64,000 nucleotides of DNA from Heteronotia binoei (taxonomy: Eukaryota): assembly GCF_032191835.1 (NCBI RefSeq), contig NC_083237.1:12276001-12340000 (forward strand), in the 5' to 3' direction. The notes under the pieces were generated by a model that was not told the DNA's origin, searched no databases, and saw only the letters and a program-made list of their open reading frames with translations. The position numbers and the translations under genes were made by a program. Positions 24,873 to 36,021 of the stretch are shown piece after piece (position 1 is the stretch's first letter; each line of letters opens with the position of its first letter).

Positions 24873-25473
24873 GATTGATGATGATGATATTGAATTTATT
24901 TCCTGCCCTCTCTGAATCTCAGAGTGACTTACAATCTCCTTTACCTTCCCCTCCCCAACAGACACCCTGTGAGGTATGTGGGGCTGAGAGAGCTCTCACA
25001 AAAGTTGCCTTTTAAGGACAGCTCTGTGAGTGCTATGGCTGACCCAAGGCCATTCCAGCATCAGCAGTTGGAGGAGTGGGGAATCAAACCTGGTTCTCCC
25101 AATTAAGAGTCCTCACACTTAACCACTACACCAAACTGGCTCTATTTGGATATATACCCTGCGTTTCACTACCCAAAGGAGTCTCAGAGCAGTTTACAGT
25201 CTCCTTTCCCTTCCCCTTCCCGCAGCAGCAACCCTTTGAGGTAGATGGGGCTAATACAGCTCTGACATAAACTGCTCATGAGAGCTGTTGCATGTGGAAG
25301 AGTGGGGAATCAAACCCGGTTCTCCCAGATAAGAGTCCATGCATTTAACCACTACACCAAACTTACTCTGCTGTGTGTGAGAGGTCAGAAATGTTCTTCA
25401 GTGGGGGGCCTTATCTCATCAGATGTCAGAAGCAAAGCAATATCAGCCATGGTTAGTATTTGAATGGGAGGCC

Positions 25474-25887
25474 TGTCAGTATAGAGTCCTCCGTCCACAG
25501 CATGAAAGAAGCAAGGAGCAGCAGGTGGATCTACAATGACAGCATCTGACAGGTCAGGTCAGATCAACCTTGGGAGTGAGCCGGTTCTGGCCAGACTGTA
25601 TCAAGGGGAAAGCACCTGCTGGAGTCAGCAATTGTGTGCACTGCCGTGATTGGCTGAGCTGTATATATAAGGACTATAGTGCCAGGCAGTATTTCTCTCT
25701 GTTGAGAGTTGGTTCCTGGCATAGCACTTTGTCACTCAGTTTAATGTTGTTCACCGCACTAGTTGTATTGTATATAGTTTGTAAATACACTACTTTTATA
25801 CTAGGTGCTGGTGTGTGGCTCAGTTTCTTTCCAGAGTCTACCTTCAGGCAGTTCTCTGTTTTGCACTCTGCACATGAACCACTGACA
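25474..25887 (+). mobile_element. Solo LTR, copy B only, inserted in a 5S-derived SINE
   Basis: TGTCAG...CTGACA ends, 5-bp TSD AGGCC, internal gattggc (CCAAT box) then tatatataa (TATA box). Confidence 0.88.
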
Positions 25888-26039
25888 AGGCCACCAAGGA
25901 AAATCAGTGTTTCTACCCAGAGGCAGGTAATTGGAAGCCATCTCTGAACATCTCTTGCCTTAAAATCCCGCGCGTGTTGCCATAAACTGGCCATGACTTG
26001 ACAGTACTTTCCACCACCAGCCAGCGTTAGTGATTACAC

Positions 26040-26400
26040 ATGAACATATGAAGCTGCCTTATACTGAATCAGACCCTCAGTCCATCAAAGTCAGTATTGT
26101 CTACTCAGACTGGCAGCGGCTCTCCACGTTCTCAAGCTGAGGCTTTTCACACCTACTTGCCTGGACCCTTTTCAGTTGGAGATGCCGGGGATTGAACCTG
26201 GGACCTTCTGCTTACCAAGCAGATGCTCTACCACTGAGCCACCATCCCTCACCTGACTGGCAGTGGCTCTCCAGGGTCTCAAGCTGAGGTTTTTCACGCC
26301 TATTTGCCTGGACCCTTTTTAGTTGGAGATGCCGGGGATTGAACCTGGGACCTTCTGCTTACAAAGCAGATGCTCTGCCACTGAGCCACCGTCCCTCCCT
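26040..26400 (-). mobile_element. tRNA-derived SINE with a duplicated 5' half (single-headed in copy A at about 18760-18960)
   Basis: A/B-box head (gtggctcagtggtagagc...ggttcaatcccc) occurs twice. Further copies lie at 29385-29600 (+) and about 53950. Confidence 0.8.
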
Positions 26401-28906
26401 ACCTCCCTCACAGCCACCAATTCACTTCTAAAGCAGGAAAGAAGGCTGATTTTTTTTTACAAGAAATTTGTGAATGGATGAAGGGCATTGAACCCTCCCT
26501 TGTCTACAGTAGACAGTCTACTCAATGGCTTCCACGTTCATCTGCAGCTCTGCTGAGCTACATTGCCTTGGCTTTTATTTAGAACATTTGTGAGCTTGCT
26601 TTTGGCAAAAGCCTGGTCTCCAAGGCAGCATACAATACGTTCTTAAAACAGAGTAGCCTAAAACCTTTAAACAGTCCGTAATATATAAGAGGTCCCCTTA
26701 CCTGGATGGCCTAGGCTAACCAGATTTCAGATCTCAGAAGCTGATAAGCAGGGTTGGACCCAGTTAGTACTTGGATGGCAGACCACCAAGGGAGTCCATT
26801 GTTGTTACACAGAGGCAGGCAAAGGTCAACCACCTCTGTTCATCTCTTGCCTTGAAACTCTACAGGGTGGTCATAAGATCACTGCAACATGATGGTGCTT
26901 TCCACCACTACTGTCTAAAAGAGAAGCCACCTTCTCCTGTCTTTGTGAATCTTTATAGTGAGTTGACCCCCCCCCCTTTAGCCCAGGGTTGTTGACTGAC
27001 CAGCGGCAGCTCTCTGAAATGAAGATGATGAAGAAGAAGAAGAAGGTGGTGGTGGCGGTGGTGGTGATAATTGATTTAAATCCCACCCTATACTCTGAAT
27101 CCCAATCTCAGAGCAGTCACAATCTCCTTTACCTCCCCTCCCCCCCCCACACACACAAGAGACACCCTGTGAGGGATGTGGGGCTGAAAGTGTTCTCATA
27201 TCAGTTGCCCTTTCAAGGACAACTCTTGCAAGAGCTATGGCTGACCCAAGGCCATTCCAGCAGGTGCAAATGGAGGAGTGGGGAATCAAACCAGGTTCTT
27301 CCAAATAAGAGTCCGCGCACTTCACCACCACACCAAACTGACTTTAAATTATAAAACCTTTGCTGCAGCAGCTATCATTTGTTACCTTCAATGCTGTGTG
27401 GTGGATAGAAATCACAAGCAAACATTTCAAACAAAGGCAGGGGAAAGGAAGAGAAACCAGTTGACCAAACAAGTGTCTTCTTACTTTGCATGAACAGAAG
27501 GTGGTGGAAATCCTGTTCTGTGGTCTTAGTACTCCTAGTGATTCTAATCACATCCTCCTAGCCCAGAGCATACATATGTGAACTGAAAGTCCAGCTGGAA
27601 AGGATTGGCCAGAGAGGCACCGTCCGCTTTGGGTTCCTCCTTGAAGATCTACATTGTTTCCAGATCCGTTCAGACTCAAAGCAGATCTTTGCAGGCAAAG
27701 ACAGGTTTAATGACCTCAATCCTGAGGAAGCATCTATATGGCCTCTGCCATCTTTCTATAAGGGATTGAGACCCGGGAGACTTCCCTGACTCCCTGCCCT
27801 GTGGTAGAACCTAGGGATGGATTAGCTGCCTGATTGTATTGCATCAGTTGTTTTGTTCAGCTAATGAGCGGCCTGCCTGGAGAAGGATGGTGGAAAGATC
27901 AAGGGACCACCTTCCTTTGGGACACAGCTGTCAGATCTAGGGCCTTCTGGGGTTACTGGCAGGGGTGGAAAGAAGAAGGTCCACCGTCTCATATGAGATG
28001 AGGCCACCACTATCAATCAGTCATAATCAGGGCTGCTAACAGTGGGGTATTAAGCAGGGAAGAAGAAATATTGCCAAACTTCAACATCGTACAGAAATTG
28101 TGTTCAGCTCGGTTGCAATTCTTACCCCATGTAGCAGTAGTAATAGTGGTGGTGGTGGTGGTGGAGGAGGAGGAGGAGGAAAAGAAGAAGATTGATGATG
28201 GTGGTGGCAATGGTTATGATGATGATTTTGGATTTATATCCCACCCTCCGCTCTGAATCTCAGAGCAGCTTACAATCTCCTTTACCTTCCTCCCCCACAA
28301 CAGACACCCTGTGAGGTGGGTGGGGCTGAGAGAGCTCTCCTAGAAGCTGCCCTTTCAAGAACAGCTTCTATGAAAGCTATGGCTGACCCAAGGCCATTCC
28401 AGCAGCTGCAAGTGGAGGAGTGGGGAATCCAACCCAGTTCTCCCAGATAAGAGTCTGCGCACTTAACCGCTACACCAAACTAGGTCTCGGTAGTTATTTA
28501 TTGCAGTTTGACCAGCTTACAATCCTATCAGGCATAAAAAACAATAGTAAAAAAATCAAATTTATGAACTGTTGAGATGGGGTGTTCCCGTAAATTGATA
28601 ATTGCTGCACAAAAGTTAGCAACTTCACATGCAGGCCCCGCTTGTGGGGTTCTGGCACCTGAGACAGAACCCCAACACGCACCCCCCTGGGAGAAAAGTT
28701 TCCGTGCGCACACAAAGCATGCGGGCACTGTGATGACATCACCCAGAGATGATGTCATCGCACCAGGCACTTGCCGCTTCCCTTCCCCAGCTCCCTCGGA
28801 GGATACTGGGGAAGAGAAGTGCCACTGTTTTTCGGCTCTGAGGGACTCGGAGAGCTCCTCCTCCTCCAGTTCTGTCCTTCAGCATCTCCTCCTCCGCTAG
28901 CTGGAT

Positions 28907-28945
28907 GCTTTTTGTGCTGGAGCCACCTGGCTTCCTTTTGCTGTG
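28907..28945 (-). other. V(D)J recombination signal sequence, 23-bp spacer
   Basis: On the minus strand: heptamer CACAGCA (28945-28939), spacer AAAGGAAGCCAGGTGGCTCCAGC (exactly 23 nt), nonamer ACAAAAAGC (28915-28907), directly after TGT GCT GTG AGA GG. Confidence 0.93.
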
Positions 28946-29234
28946 CCTCTCACAGCACAGAAGTAGACTCCAGCGTCGCTCAGCCTTGCCGCGTCTTTGA
29001 TGAGGTTGGTGGAGCGAGAGGCTTTGTTCACCTCCATCTGGTAGTCTCCAGCAGGAGAGAAACCTTCGTATGCCTGTCCCAGCCAAGACAGGACACCACC
29101 GGTGTGCTGTTTGTACCAATACATCTTGTCATGGCTGGTGACATTTTGATGGCATGGAATCAGAACTCTGTCCCCCTCTGTGCAGATGAGTTGCTTGGGT
29201 TGGAATACTTGGCCAAAGATAAATCTTGGAGCTA
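28946..29234 (-). CDS. TRAV: T-cell receptor alpha-type variable segment, V exon (resembles TRAV2/TRAV1/TRAV4)
   Basis: Open frame APRFIFGQVFQPKQLICTEGDRVLIPCHQNVTSHDKMYWYKQHTGGVLSWLGQAYEGFSPAGDYQMEVNKASRSTNLIKDAARLSDAGVYFCAVR. It has both conserved cysteines, the WYxQ tryptophan and DxGVYFC. Phase-1 acceptor tctctcttccccccccag|TA; followed by a 23-RSS. Confidence 0.9.
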
Positions 29235-30664
29235 CTGGGGGGGGAAGAGAGACTCAAGGTTAAAGAGGTAGAAAACCACAGAATCATACAAGAGATGGCA
29301 GCTTGACTACGCAAGGTTACTCTAGAGCACGTTTACTCTGGTCTAAGCCCATTGCTTTCAATAGGCTTAGACTGGAGTTACGCTGGGGAGGGACGGTGGC
29401 TCAGTGGTAGAGCATTTGCTTGGTATGCAGAAGGTCCCAGGTTCAATCCCCGGCAACTCCAACTAAAAAGGGGTCCAGGCAAGTAGGTGTGAAAAACCTC
29501 AGCTTGAGACCCTGGAGACTAGAGCCACTGCCAGTCTGACAAAACTGACTTTGATGGACCAAGGGTCTGATTCAGTATAAGGCAGCTTCACATATTCACC
29601 TATGCATAGGATTGTACTGTGAACTGATCTGTCAAGTCATCGTCTTACAAAGTTAATTTCCCCCTTCCCCCTCTTCTATTTAATCCTTGCCGCCTAGAAC
29701 AAATGGTGACAACTGGATGGGCCAAACTGGATGACCTTCAGATTCTGTTCCAAGAGGATAAGGTAACACTTCCCCACCCTGAATCAGCATTGGCGAGACT
29801 GGAGGTCTTCAGGAGGGGAAGGGAAGCAGTGAAATTCATTCCTCCCCCTCACCGCCTGCTGCTTCCACCACCAGCTATTTCCACTGGATTCAATCCATTG
29901 TCCAGAGCAGTGTAGAATATTGCTCCAAGAGGAAGACAGGTGACTTTCCCAGGACTGAGTACTCCATAGTGTAGGGGTATTTGTTCCGAAGGCTCCAGTC
30001 CTGACTAATCTTGCATTCACCTGCGAAGGTCACTCCAGCAGTGCCTGACCAGCAGAACTTAGAGAGCAGGGGAATTTGTATACTTCTGTCCCCTTTTTTT
30101 CCCAGTATCCTCTATNNNNNNNNNNNNNNNNNNNNNNNNNNNNNNNNNNNNNNNNNNNNNNNNNNNNNNNNNNNNNNNNNNNNNNNNNNNNNNNNNNNNN
30201 NNNNNNNNNNNNNNNNNNNNNNNNNNNNNNNNNNNNNNNNNNNNNNNNNNNNNNNNNNNNNNNNNNCGCCCTCCACTCCGAAGAGTCTCAGAGCGGCTCA
30301 CAATCTCCTTTCCCTTCCTCCCCCACAACAGACACCCTGTGAGGTAGATGAAGATATTGGATTTATATCCCGCCCTCCACTCCAAAGAGTCTCAGAGCGG
30401 CTCACAATCTCCTTAATCTTCCTCCCCCACAACAGACACCCTGTGAGGTGGGTGGGGCTGAGAGGGCTCTCGCAGTTGCCCTTTCAAGGACAACCTCTGC
30501 CAGAGCTATGGCTGACCCAAGGCCATTCCAGCAGGTGCAAGTGGAGGAGTGGGGAATCAAACCCGGTTCTCCCAGATAAGAGTCCGCACACTTCACCACT
30601 ACACCAAACTGGCTCTCCACACCAAACTGGCTCACCATAATAGAGAATAGCACATAAAGTTGCT

Positions 30665-30884
30665 GAACAAAGCAGGAGTCCAGTATCACCTTTAAGACCA
30701 ACGAACTTTTATTCAGAACATAAACTTCCATGTGCATGCACACATCTTCAGACGAGGAATGAGGTACAGTAAGCAGAGCTCACTCCTCATTCCTTGTCTG
30801 AAGATGCGCGCATGTGCACGAAAGCTGACATTCTGAATAAAAGTTTGTTGGTCTTAAAGGTGATACTGGACTCCTGCTTTGTTC
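30665..30884. mobile_element. Penelope-like element remnant as an inverted repeat (about 100-bp arms) with degenerate hammerhead cores
   Basis: gaacaaagcaggagtccagtatcacctttaagaccaac is mirrored at the right end. Each arm carries CTGAAGA-stem-GAAA-like sequence. Confidence 0.75.
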
Positions 30885-30964
30885 TGCTGCTTCAGAGCAA
30901 CACGGCTGCCCACCTTGATCTATGTAAAGTTGCTATTAAGGACACATGCCAGAAAATGACTCAC

Positions 30965-30992
30965 CAAGGATGAAGAGAAAAATGAAGCGCAT
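30965..30992 (-). CDS. TRAV: Leader exon of the TRAV gene (MRFIFLFIL)
   Basis: ATG CGC TTC ATT TTT CTC TTC ATC CTT G|gtgagt: consensus donor, phase 1. It joins the V exon in frame to give the signal peptide MRFIFLFILVAPRFIFG followed by QVFQP. Confidence 0.8.
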
Positions 30993-31539
30993 CCCTGTTA
31001 GAGGGACAGATGCATCCATCTCTCTTTCCCACCAATAAGGAGAATGCTTAGCCACGCCTGATTCTTATGAGGCCCTCCATCCTGAGATCAAATCATGCTG
31101 AAAGCGATTAAGTTCTGAGAACTGAGAACGCACCTGCAGTGCTGCAAAAGAATCGAGGCGTTCACTTTAATCTACAGGGTAAAACAAACCACCGTCGTTA
31201 GCTGACAGCTCTCCTCATAAGAGCCCCGTGGCGCAGAGTGTTAAAGCTGCAGTACTGCAGTCCTAAGCTCTGCTCTGAGTTCGATCCCAGCGGAAGCTGG
31301 TTCAGGTAGCCAGCTCCAGGGGACCTTTCCTCCTCACAATATTTGTCAGTCCCATTTCACTTTACAATTCTGTTAAGCGCATAATCAGTTTTGAGGATGA
31401 GCTGATCGGCTGCCTGTCTTAGACCACTTTCTTCAAAGAGTTGTTGCTGTTCAGTCGCACAGTCGAGTCCGGCTCTAGAGAGGTTTAGAAAAAAGTGTCA
31501 TGGGTAAGGAAGTGCTGCGGAAGACCCAAATCAAGACCC

Positions 31540-32270
31540 AAATCACTATGTATGGAATGTGCAAGTTGGACAGTGAAGGGGGGTGGAAATGATTCATTCA
31601 AAATGTGGTGTTGGAGGAGAGTTTTATGAATACCATGAACTGCCAAAAAGACAAATAAATAGGTTCTAGCTTTTTTAAAAAAGAGGGGGGCTGAATTCTC
31701 CCTAGAAGCTAAAATGACTAAACTGAGCCTATTGTATTTTGGTCACATTATGAGAAAACGAGTCACGGGAAAAGACAAACATGCTAGGAAAAGAGGAAGA
31801 CCCAACGTGAGATAGATTGACTCTTTGGCGGTTTTGAGACTGACTTTCTGGAGGTTTTCAAACAGTCTAGATGGCCTTGTAACAGCAAGACTGGTTCTGT
31901 GAACTTAGGCAGATCATGAGAAGGAGGGCAGGAAGGGGTCGCATCAGTGTTTAATTCTTGTGGCCGTTCCTTACAAGCCCAGGGAAATGCTGTTTGCCAC
32001 TTTGGGGTCAGAAAGGAATTTTTCTCCACGGCAGTTTGGCCAGGGATCTTGGAGGGGGATGGTTTGCCATCTTCTGGGCATGGAGCAGGTGACACTGGTA
32101 TATGGGGGGGGGAGGTATTTGTGAATTTCCTGCATTACGCAGGAGGTTGGACTAGATGTCCCCAGAGGACCCTTCCCACTCTATGATTCTATTCTATGAC
32201 TCCGTCAAGAAAGCCACGGCCTTCAGTTTGCAAGACCTGAGGCAAGGTTGTTAATGATAGGATGTTTTGG
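31540..32270 (+). mobile_element. RTE/Bov-B-like LINE 3' fragment, split by a CR1-derived insert
   Basis: Degenerate translation resembles MYG.ESWTVK...MWCWRR...SLEAKMTKL.L.YFGHIMR...GRP.RWIDS; homology resumes at about 32200. Confidence 0.75.
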
Positions 32271-33114
32271 ATGCCCTCACCATAATTCAGAAATGATGGC
32301 CCTTAACATACACACAGATTCATGGAAGACAGATTTCTCAATGACCAGGAGCCACTGAGAACTTCTTTGGACAGAGACAGAGTGCCTAGACCGCCAGCCA
32401 ACGAGAGATGGGAAAAGAGGAACAGACTCGATAAAGGGATTTTAAATGGGCTCCTATGTTTCGAGTTGCGTTTAAAGAGCCTTTCTTCTAGGGGCACCGC
32501 ATTAAATATCATGACTAAAGATCTTATCAGTGCCTTTCGCAGTGTGAGCTGCCATTGATTCGAGTCTCTTACCGCGCTGTCTCAAAAAGAAATGGAGAAA
32601 AAGTGAAGGACGGTAACCTTCTCTTGTCATCGTGCTTTCAAATTCAGTCCTCCGTCGGGTAAAGTTCAGCCTTTCCGCTTGCCGTTTTCTGATGAAACAA
32701 GGCTAAACAACATACGTTGTCATTGCCAACGCAACAGCCAGTGTGGTATAGCGGCTGCAGCATCAGTCCATGATTTGGGAGACCAAGAAGTTTGCTGGGG
32801 GTTTGCACAGACTTTCAGCCTAACCTACCTCACAGGGTTCTGAGGCTAAAATGGAGGACAGAGGAATGGTTTAAGCTACCTTGGGGGTGCCCACTGGAGA
32901 AGGAGGTGTATGAATTAAATAAATAACAAGCGAGTAAGCAGAACCAAAGCCTCTGCTTCTGTTTTAAATGCACCACTCCCCTTTCCTCAGTCCCGCCAAA
33001 ATCTACAAAACCCAAATTGTCATTTGTTTATTCCTGTTCCTCTCCTGCCCTCTTGTGGTCCTTTTGTCTCATTCTTCAAAATGATCCATTTACAGAAAGA
33101 GCCAAGTTGGGGGG

Positions 33115-33340
33115 ACACAGGGAGAGGAATTAAGTTCAGAGGAGGACTACAAAGATGGTGAGGGGCCTGGAAGTGACCAAATCGCATGAGGAAAGGTTGA
33201 AGGAGCTGGGGATGTTTCGCCTGGAGAGGAGGCAGCTGAGAGGTGATAGGATCACCATCTTCAAGTACTTGAAGGGCTGTCCTATAGAGGATGGTGTGGA
33301 ATTGTTTTCTGTGGCCCCAGGACCAAAACCAACGGGTTGA
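33115..33340 (+). mobile_element. CR1 LINE fragment
   Basis: Translates as [37 protein letters not shown]. Confidence 0.85.
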
Positions 33341-34112
33341 AACTCCTCCAGGGTACACGCAGCCTGTCCTTGTTCCAGGAGTGGGCCATGAGCTGTCTGG
33401 AGGCTTCCGGTCTGCCTCTTTCCCCGCCGGTTCTCTCTTCCCCACCAGCTCTCTGCCCCTTTCCCCGCTGAGCTGGCAGTCTGTAATCACCCATGGTTTG
33501 CTTTTCTCATTTTGTCTTCACAACAACCTTGTGAGGGAGGTTCAGCTAGCCCAAAGTTAACCAGGGAGCTTCATAGCAGAGATTGGATTTGAGTTATAGA
33601 CCAACACTTTAATCTAGAGTTACCATATTTTGAAAAGCAAAAAACAAACAGAGGATACATTTCCTGACTGACTACTTTAAACAAGCCGTCACTATGACAA
33701 ATCTCATTTTATTTTATTATGTGTTCAATTTCTATCTCACTCTTCCTTTGAACAGGCTCAGGGCGGGTTTCAGCAGTGATTATAAAACAATAAATCAGCC
33801 ATTTGAAAACTACAAAAGCCTTAAAACCTAATAAGATGGAGTTCAAACTATTTAAAGCTGTTTCCATGATGATCAGAGAATCAGAACGAGTGTTACATTT
33901 CCCCTAGCAAAAGTTCCGTCCGATTGTCACTTAGATATCAAGGTGGGCCAGGGGTGATACCATTCAAACTGTCCAGAAGCTTTGTGCTCCTTAATAACGC
34001 CCTTGGAGATTCTGTGTCACCAGTTCTGATCTCTGTGGGATCAACTTGCTAAAAGTTCAGAGCGAACCGACATTATTTCGCGTGAGGCTGTTCCTAGGCA
34101 AACACACGAGGT

Positions 34113-34213
34113 TATATATTTGGAGGCGAATGCCACTGCTGTCAAAAACGACTCCGGAGCCGAAGACAGTGACCAGCGGTTATTCCTGCCTTTGCCCCAA
34201 AAATCAGGTAAGT
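34113..34213 (+). promoter_or_regulatory. Putative TATA box and non-coding first exon for the OR4E1-like gene at 39044
   Basis: tatatatt at 34113, perfect donor CAG|gtaagt at 34207/34208, and an acceptor ctcttcttgtag two bases before the ATG at 39044. Inference only. Confidence 0.45.
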
Positions 34214-34799
34214 CTTTTCATCATTTAAAATAACAAACAATGTCCTTTTTTCAGTGGATTTTAGTGAACATGCTGAAGTTGCTCCAGAGAGCTGCTGTGC
34301 TCCTGTCTTTCAGGAAACAGGAATCTTGAGCCACCTTAAAGGCTAACCAGATTATTGTAGCAGAAGCCGTTTGAGGGCTCTAGTTTATTTTATTTGTATT
34401 TTATTTATTGGCTTCTGGTGACTCCGTAGGATTTTCAGGGCCAGAGAGACTCGGAAGTGGTTTGCCGTTGCCTGGCTCTCTGCAGCGACTCTGGACTCCT
34501 TTGGTGGTCTCCCATCCAAGTACTCCCCAGGGCCCTCCCTGCTGAGCTTCTGAAATCTGATCACTGAACTAACCTGGGCTATCCAAGGCAGAGCTCTGGG
34601 AACTCCAGCTGCCACAATAATTTGGGCATCCCCAAACCGGCTACAAGACTTCTTTGAGAGTTAAACCGGACAGAGAGCATAACTCCTCTGCTGCAATTTT
34701 AATTTCATGAGAACCTCTGTTTAGATTAGGGTTACGCAAGGAGTGATTTTATCCTTTAACCTCTCCACAACTGCTTCAAGTATCTAAATACCTAGGTCT

Positions 34800-35400
34800 T
34801 CATTTTAGTTACAATATGTCCTGGTCATGTCGCCATAAATCTACTGTCAATTTAGCAGCCGTTAATGGATTAGCCATTTCCCAGGGTTTTTTTTAATAGA
34901 GGTAACCAAATTGTTCCAGCGGCTTTAAAAATCCATAAGGCCAAAGTAATCCCGCAGTTATTGTATGGTATTCCAACTTGGATTCGTGCCTTTGAGCCTG
35001 ATATTGAAAGAGTTCTGTTCAAATTTGTTAGGAAAATCATGGGCTTACCACTCTGTGTCTCATATGCCACACTTTGTCTAGAAATAGGCCTCAATATGTT
35101 AGAAATTAGAGCATGGCTTATATTAATCAGATATTGGCTACATGTGCACTATTCCACCAACTGTGGGAGCTATTTATATCAAGTGCTGTCTGAATCCTCC
35201 TCGTTCAAATGGATTTCCTACATAGAGAGGAAAATAATCACCTTAGGTTTGTGTATGGACTCTCTCTATATGCTCCCTTTTACAAATGCATATTATCTAA
35301 TTAAACGCAAACTTTTAGATATTGAATTGCATACATCTTGCTGCGAATAAATCTTGCTCCGCTTTGAATTTTGGAATTTCCCTATGGGCCACTTACCTTC
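34800..35400 (+). mobile_element. Decayed non-LTR retrotransposon fragment (region C-terminal to the RT domain; clade uncertain)
   Basis: LYGIPTW...IERV..KFVRKIMGLP..V....L..E.G pattern typical of LINE ORF2 C-termini. Confidence 0.65.
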
Positions 35401-35529
35401 TCAAACACTATTATCAGCCGTAAAGAGTGGGAAAGTGAACCTTTTAAAGATCTAGGGCAAGGGATGGCCAAACTTGCTTAATGTAAGAGCCACATAGAAT
35501 CAATATAAAATGTTTGAGAGTTGAAAGAC

Positions 35530-36021
35530 ATGAACATAATGGAGAGCCAGTTTGGTGCAGTGGTTAAGTGTGCGGACTCTTATCTGGGAGAACCGGGTTT
35601 GATTCCCCCCTCCTCCTCTTGCACCTGCTAGCATGGCCTTGGGTTAGCCATAGCTCTGGCAGAGGTTGTCCTTGAAAGGGCAGCTGCTGTGAGAGTCCTC
35701 TCCAGCCCCACCCACCTCACAGGGTGTCTGTTGTGGGGGAGGAAGGTAAAGGAGATTGTGAGCCGCTCTGAGACTCTCTGGAGTGGAGGGCGGGATATAA
35801 ATCCAATATCTTCATCTACCTCACAGGGTGTCTGTTGTGGGGGAGGAAGATAAAGGAGATTGTGAGCCGCTCTGAGACTCTTCGGAGTGGAGGGTGGGAT
35901 ATAAATCCAATATCTTCATCTACCTCACAGGGTGTCTGTTGTGGGGGAGGAAGATAAAGGAGATTGTGAGCCGCTCTGAGACTCTTCGGAGTGGAGGGCG
36001 GGATATAAATCCAATATCTTC
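35530..36021 (+). mobile_element. Squam3-like SINE with its 104-bp 3' end triplicated, nested in a hAT MITE (about 35458-36408)
   Basis: cctcacagggtgtc recurs at 35715, 35819 and 35923; the array runs into an N-gap. Confidence 0.8.

Larger units (their letters stand above)
22030..28630. repeat. Tandem segmental duplication, copy B
   Basis: Collinear with 14070-21190 apart from copy-specific transposon insertions. Confidence 0.9.

Noticed and set aside
29385-29460. tRNA gene
   Set aside because: The A/B-box head continues into a SINE body seen at several other sites; no convincing cloverleaf.
29780-30110. Alternative TRAV leader exons (donors near 29790, 29850 and 30020)
   Set aside because: No in-frame ATG with a hydrophobic leader, or an in-frame stop. 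The exon at 30965-30992 fits much better, although the gap at 30116-30266 cannot be inspected.
32322-32558. 78-aa ORF MEDRFLNDQE...
   Set aside because: No recognisable homology or splice support; within the range expected by chance.
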